NCBI GenBank assembly: GCA_010909165.1
Contig: MU008158.1
Span: 246,581 to 310,580, forward strand
DNA: 64,000 bases
Reading direction: 5' to 3'
Origin: Anthoceros angustus
Taxonomy: Eukaryota; Plantae; Anthocerotophyta
Shown: in pieces, positions 58,687 through 64,000 of the stretch
How positions within the stretch are numbered: position 1 is the stretch's first letter
Layout: every line of letters begins with the position of its first letter
Translations under genes and position numbers: made by a program
Notes under the pieces: generated by a model
Databases searched by the model: none
The model's input: the letters and a program-made list of their open reading frames with translations, nothing else
Told to the model about the DNA's origin: nothing

Positions 58687-60951
58687 ATGAGTACGTCGGC
58701 ACAATTGAAGGATTCCTCCAGGGCAGCTCTCTATCATGCCGGGAACGAGGCTCAAGGAATGGTAGATAGGCACAGGGATGGGGCGATTGTGGAAGGCCCC
58801 AGCCCTGGGGGAGCTGGAATTGACGAGTTTCTGGCCAATGTGGGTTACAGTGTCAAAGGCTCAGCAGACCTGGATGATGTGGCCCAGAAGTTGGAGCTGC
58901 TGGAGAATGTTGTTGGCTCGGCTCCGGAAGGGAACATTTTGCAGCTGCTGAATGAGGCCATGCACAATAATCCTTCGGAGATCGCGGCCTGGATAGAGAC
59001 GATGATCAAGGAGCAGCTCTCTGGCCCGGCAAACGTGTCTGGGGCTGCTGGTGTGTACGCTGGAGGTGTGGCAACACCTGGCTTGTCGTCTGTTCCGTGT
59101 ACCAATATGATGGCAGACACCAGCAGCCCCTCCACCTCCATGCGCAACATCAGTGCAAGTTCCCCCATGAATATGGCTTTGGATCCAGTGGTTTCTATGG
59201 CCGAATCCCAGAACTGCCTCCCTTATGCAACCAAATTGCAACAAGGCTTTCAAGGGCAGCCCAACATTTTTATGGATAAGTATGATGGATCCACAGGCAT
59301 GGTAGGATCGACGGGCCTTCATGGACCTCACGACGCCTCTGTCAGTGAGACTGTGGACCAGCAATGGCAGCCTTCTGCGAACCAACTTAGTCACAATTAT
59401 TATCACGGGAACTCTCACCCAGTGTCATCTTATGGGGTTGTGGTACCGTCTGGCGGAGGCCCTATTGGTGTCCCCTCAGGGTTGCCGCAGCAGATGATGG
59501 GCGCTAGTGACCCTTCGCAGCAACAAATTCTGCACCGACCCCACCATTCAGATGCTGGAATGTCCAGATCCTTGAAGAATCCGGGTGTGCACTCTGCTGA
59601 CAGCCAGATCCTTTCCGACCCTTCGTTGAACAGTCACATGAGCATGATGATGGAAGAGGCTGCCAATCCTATGGTAAACAGACTGCCTCAACATGAGCGA
59701 CAGGACTTAGGCCCCTCTCCAGCAGACTCTCAACAAGTAGATGCAGCCCCACAGCAGCAGGAGGAGTCAGGAGTCAGGCTGGTACATCTTCTCGTGACAT
59801 GTGCCCAAGCTGTGCAGACCAATGATATGGTGAGAGCTGATGAGACTGTGAGGCAAATTCAAGACCTGGCCTTTTTGTCACGAGGTAGCACTGGCCCCAT
59901 GGAGAAGGTGGCTGTCCACTTTGTGGATGCGCTGGTGCGCCGAATTTATGGCTTCAACAACAATGACTCTGTCGTGGGTATGCGGACTGATTGTCTCTCT
60001 GAACTCCTCCACTTTCAGTTCTATGAGATATGTCCATACCTCAAGTTTGCGCATTTTACCGCCAACCAGGCAATCCTGGAGGCCTTTGAGGGTGAGCAGA
60101 ACGTGCACATTATCGACTTCAACCTCATGCATGGGTTGCAGTGGCCTGCCCTGATCCAAGCTCTTGCCTTGCGGCCCGGGGGCCCTCCATTTCTTAGGCT
60201 GACTGGCATCGGTCTTCCTCAGCCCGGAGGAACTGACGTACTTCAAGAGATTGGCACAAAGTTAGCCCAACTGGCAGGATCTGTGAATGTGAAGTTTGAT
60301 TTTCGGGGCGTGGTTGCTACCAAACTTGACGATGTCAAGCCATGGATGCTTCAGGTGCGGCAAGGCGAGGCCGTGGCAGTGAATTCTATTTTACAGCTGC
60401 ACCGTTTGTTGGGACCTCATCCTGAGGAAGTGTGGCAAGTAGGCAATCCTTGCGACATCTCTGCAGTGAAGGGCCCAGTCCCAGCCATCGCGGAAGTGCT
60501 TCAGTCTGTGCGCAGCCTGAATCCCAAGATTGTCACTCTGGTGGAGCATGAGGCAAACCACAACTCCCCCGTCTTCATCGACAGATTCATGGAGGCTCTT
60601 CATTACTATTCAACCATGTTTGACTCGCTGGAGGCATGTAACCATACACCTGACAGTGGAACCCAGGTTCTTGCGGAGATGTACCTGGGCAGGGAGATCT
60701 GTAACATAGTGGCCTGTGAAGGGCCAGGCAGGGTGGAGAGGCACGAGAATCTGTCGCAGTGGCAACTTCGTATGTGCAATGCGGGCTTCCAAACCCGGCA
60801 CCTGGGCGCAAATGCCTACAGACAGGCAAGCATGCTGCTCTCCCTCTTTTCAGCTGAAGGTTACAGTGTAGAAGAAACAAATGGTTTCCTTCTGCTCAAA
60901 TGGCATGACCGGCCACTCATGGCAGCCTCAGCTTGGCAGTGTTCCCAGTGA
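58687..60951 (+). CDS. DELLA: DELLA-type GRAS transcriptional regulator (intronless CDS, 754 aa)
   Basis: IDEFLANVGYSVK (DELLA), VAQKLELLE (LExLE), AMHNNPSEIAAWIETM (VHYNP); GRAS motifs GVRLVHLL..CA, CPYLKFAHFTANQAILEAF, VHIIDF, QWPALIQALALRPGGPP, RFMEALHYYSTMFDSL, RVERHE, ASAW. Confidence 0.96.
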   Translation: MSTSAQLKDSSRAALYHAGNEAQGMVDRHRDGAIVEGPSPGGAGIDEFLANVGYSVKGSADLDDVAQKLELLENVVGSAPEGNILQLLNEAMHNNPSEIAAWIETMIKEQLSGPANVSGAAGVYAGGVATPGLSSVPCTNMMADTSSPSTSMRNISASSPMNMALDPVVSMAESQNCLPYATKLQQGFQGQPNIFMDKYDGSTGMVGSTGLHGPHDASVSETVDQQWQPSANQLSHNYYHGNSHPVSSYGVVVPSGGGPIGVPSGLPQQMMGASDPSQQQILHRPHHSDAGMSRSLKNPGVHSADSQILSDPSLNSHMSMMMEEAANPMVNRLPQHERQDLGPSPADSQQVDAAPQQQEESGVRLVHLLVTCAQAVQTNDMVRADETVRQIQDLAFLSRGSTGPMEKVAVHFVDALVRRIYGFNNNDSVVGMRTDCLSELLHFQFYEICPYLKFAHFTANQAILEAFEGEQNVHIIDFNLMHGLQWPALIQALALRPGGPPFLRLTGIGLPQPGGTDVLQEIGTKLAQLAGSVNVKFDFRGVVATKLDDVKPWMLQVRQGEAVAVNSILQLHRLLGPHPEEVWQVGNPCDISAVKGPVPAIAEVLQSVRSLNPKIVTLVEHEANHNSPVFIDRFMEALHYYSTMFDSLEACNHTPDSGTQVLAEMYLGREICNIVACEGPGRVERHENLSQWQLRMCNAGFQTRHLGANAYRQASMLLSLFSAEGYSVEETNGFLLLKWHDRPLMAASAWQCSQ

Positions 60952-61992
60952 CCAGCTGTCCAGCCTCACGAGGTCCGGCCGGCTTGTGTTCTCACTGCCA
61001 GAGTAGCCTACGGCAGAAGTGCCCATAGATTTGTCTAAGAATTCTTAGTTGTTGTACTACTATCTAATTGGAAGGAACGTGCTATGTTACCTCTTAAGCG
61101 CTCCTTTTTGTAAGCTTAGTTGGTTGCTGCACAAAGTTGTTGAACTGATCCACTGATGAACTTGCTTCTACAGGCGAACTGTAGCTCCTTATTACCTTGC
61201 CATTATTTATTATTACATTACCGTTGTTCATAAAAAGCTGCTTCTGTCATCTGCGACGACGCTTGCCTCTCTGGCCACGCTTCCCGTCACCTGCGTTTGG
61301 CCATACAGGCCCGATCCACCTAACATCGCTTCAGTGCATCATTTCTGGGTCTCTCTGTGCTGCAGGAAGAGTACTCTCTGCACAGCCAATGGAAGGGGTC
61401 ACTTCGCTCAGATCCCATCGTCGCACCAATGCAGATGGCCACCAGCGCAAGCAAGCAGGAGTCAGGAGTGGGAGCGCTCTTCACAAGGCAGGCCTTTGAC
61501 GCCAGTTGCTCTGGAACACACAGCCGTTTCTCATCACTCACACACTCTCGGTACGTAAAAGTGCAATTTGGCAGTGGCTTCCAGCTGTGGCCAAAACCTT
61601 ATCTCTCTCTCACACCCCGCAGGCTGCCGACCTGACATCGGCCACCATTTTTTGTATCTAATAACTCATGCGGGAAACCCGATTTGGGGGCGAGTGCCAA
61701 TACGACATGTACAAAATGAGGGCATGGGTCATGCCGCAGGCCTAATATACATCAGTACGGGCTGCAAGGCCTGATACCCACAACTTCCTTAAAAGACTCC
61801 CGGAGCCGTTGTTGCGCATCAGCTTGGTCTAAGCAGTGTGCGTGCCGACGTGGATCCCAACACCCCCAGTGCCACTTTCCCAATCATAGACCCCCCAGAA
61901 GTATATTCTGTAGAGGGTGGATTGACGTGCCAAGTCTGCACGCGCAAGGAATGGTGAACGAAGAATGTGACGGGACTGCGAGTACCTACATG

Positions 61993-64000
61993 TCAGATTC
62001 TGCCGGCGGCAGACTGCACTCCCTCCTGGGGAGTCCATCTCTCGTGGGAAGAACGTTTTTGCTGGATCATCTCTTCTTGGAACTCTGCCAGTCTCCTTTC
62101 CCGTATCTCAATTGGCTGAGGAGCCACTTCCTCAAGCACAGCATACTCGTCCACAACTTTCATGAACTGAGCTTGTCTGATGGTCTTCTCTTCAACCAGA
62201 CAGTCAATCAGCTTATCTACAAAAATGCGGTTCCGCTCCAAAATCTGCTTACAACACCCACACAAATTAATGCCTGATGCGGGCTAAACTCAGAAGAATA
62301 AGACTCGTCAGGTGGTGGCTTGTAAGTTACCTGCAAGGCCCTTGCATAGCAACTGTTTACGATCTTCAGGGCTTCTATGTCAATTGCCTGTGCCATGTAT
62401 AGAAAACATCAGAACGTGTACTCAAAACATGGTGATCGCTGGATAGAAAGCACATAGGCACAACTTACCCTGACTTGATCCATTTCAACCCAGCAATCGT
62501 AAAGCCCATACAAGTCTTCACGTTCCGAAAGCCCAGCAAACACCATCTCTCTAGCTGTTTTTCTTGCTTGATCAACCGTGTCGGCCCAAATAGTGCTCAT
62601 CTGTAGTAGGCTATGACAATTATATATCCTGGGAACTGAAAGGTTTCCTAGGAATCATTCAGTTGCTAACCACTATTAGTTTGAGTCATACCTGGTCGGC
62701 ACCATTCCACAATTCATCAGCTGCACGTGGGGCCAGCTGCACCGTGATATACTCCAGCATGTTCTGTCGACTGGCAGATCGAGACACTTAAATCAGACAT
62801 GACCAGTATTAGCAGTCACAAAGCACCACGTAAAATAAGATGATCCAACTATACCTGACGGATTGTAACTCAAATTTTGAGCGATCTGGACGGTACCGTA
62901 TAGCTCCTTTCTCCTCACCCATTCTCGGTATGATGGTCACCTGACCATCACCAAAAGCAAAAAGTCAGTTCACACGATCTACGTAAGGTTCAAGCTAGTT
63001 TATCAACTAATGAGTACTTATGCTCTTCACCAGCTTGATATTCTTGAAGTCGGGGAAATTCACAGCCACGGCAGCCATGGCTGCCTCATTCAAGGCAAGC
63101 TTCCGCAACAAAGTTTCACTGCGGGGACGCGGATCTGGATGCCCACCTTCCTCTAATTGAGCAGCTTCCAGCAAGTCATCTGTGGTGATCTGCAATAGAG
63201 AAGATAAAATTCCTCAACTGCTTCCTTTTGAGGACAAGTATGAAGGGGACAAGCGGACATCACATCAAAGGACAGTGTCAGCTGCCCGCGTGGTTACCTC
63301 CGTTCGACCATCGCGCAACACCGCCAGAGCAGCAACATCCAATACGTTTGCAAGCTGAGCTCCCACCATACCCTCAGTCATTTCAGCAACAGCAGTGAAG
63401 TCTACATCTTCACCCATTGGCTTGTTCCGAGCATGGACCCTCAAGATTTCTTCTCGACCTTTGGTGCCCGGTTTTGGGATGTATATCTTTCTGTCAAATC
63501 GGCCTGGTCTGACAAGTGCTTTGTCCAGAATATCAGGTCGGTTTGTGGCCGCTATTGTGATCACGTCTCCCCTCCCTTCAAACCCATCCAGGCACGTAAG
63601 GAGCTGCAGGTAACCGCCGTTGACATCTTAAGAGTGACCAAGAAACAGAAAAGTAAGCAAGCCACCTCTAGACATCATAGAGTTACCTGGTTCAAAGTAG
63701 CATCTCGCTCCTGCCCACCAGAGCCACCTATCAAACCTCGCTGTCTCCCTACTGCATCTAACTCATCAATAAAAACCACTGCTGGTGCCTGCAAAAGATG
63801 CGAACAATTACTTACTTATCCTCCATTCGACCAAGCATTTGGGACTTGAGGCAATAAATGTAGTCAACAACTGAAAACACCTCAACAAAGGACTCTGCAT
63901 CCGTAGGTGTTTGGCTCCTTACATTCTCTCTAGCTTCATTGTAAAGGGCTCTAACACGAGATGCTCCAACTCCAACATATATTTCTACAAACTGGGATGC
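61993..64000 (-). CDS. FTSHI2: Inactive FtsH-like chloroplast AAA ATPase, FTSHI2-like (3' part; gene continues beyond the window)
   Basis: [16 protein letters not shown], Walker [49 protein letters not shown]; HExxH replaced by NEAAM in [17 protein letters not shown]; [12 protein letters not shown] and STIWA. Confidence 0.85.

Noticed and set aside
63060-63110. Loss of the HExxH zinc motif in the FtsH-like gene as a novelty
   Set aside because: This is the known, expected state of the FTSHI subfamily.

Overview
Gene-dense eukaryotic nuclear DNA from a non-seed land plant with a compact genome (short ~80-300 bp GT-AG introns, GC-rich exons, a DELLA with DEFLA/MHNNP motif variants). A hornwort or lycophyte is my best guess; this is inference. 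The window opens with the 3' part of an LTR retrotransposon (LTR 3547-4143) nested in the right end of a CACTA element (TIR ending 4631), then a decayed MULE-like remnant. Genes in order: CWC15, LHCA1, an At3g11960-like SF3B3/DDB1/CPSF-A beta-propeller gene, a small AT-rich At4g22758/DUF7054-like gene, an intronless fungal-type TPR+SET gene, a COPT copper transporter, an unknown 121-aa membrane protein with a KKXX tail, an LPR1-type multicopper ferroxidase, RIO1 kinase, a PMEI-PME pectin methylesterase (1-bp frameshift), a GT92/DUF23 glycosyltransferase, ASNSD1, DELLA and the 3' part of FTSHI2. Four things most deserve follow-up: (1) a co-oriented LPR1 - small ER membrane protein - COPT cluster with a GTAC (copper-response) motif cluster and P1BS motifs; (2) a chimera of intron-containing fragments copied from two neighbouring genes (RIO1 and the SF3B3-like gene) in the promoter of the SET gene; (3) a putative spliced, uORF-laden DELLA leader whose longest uORF stop overlaps the DELLA start codon; (4) the SET gene as a horizontal-transfer candidate with substituted catalytic motifs. 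All calls were made by eye; no searches were run.
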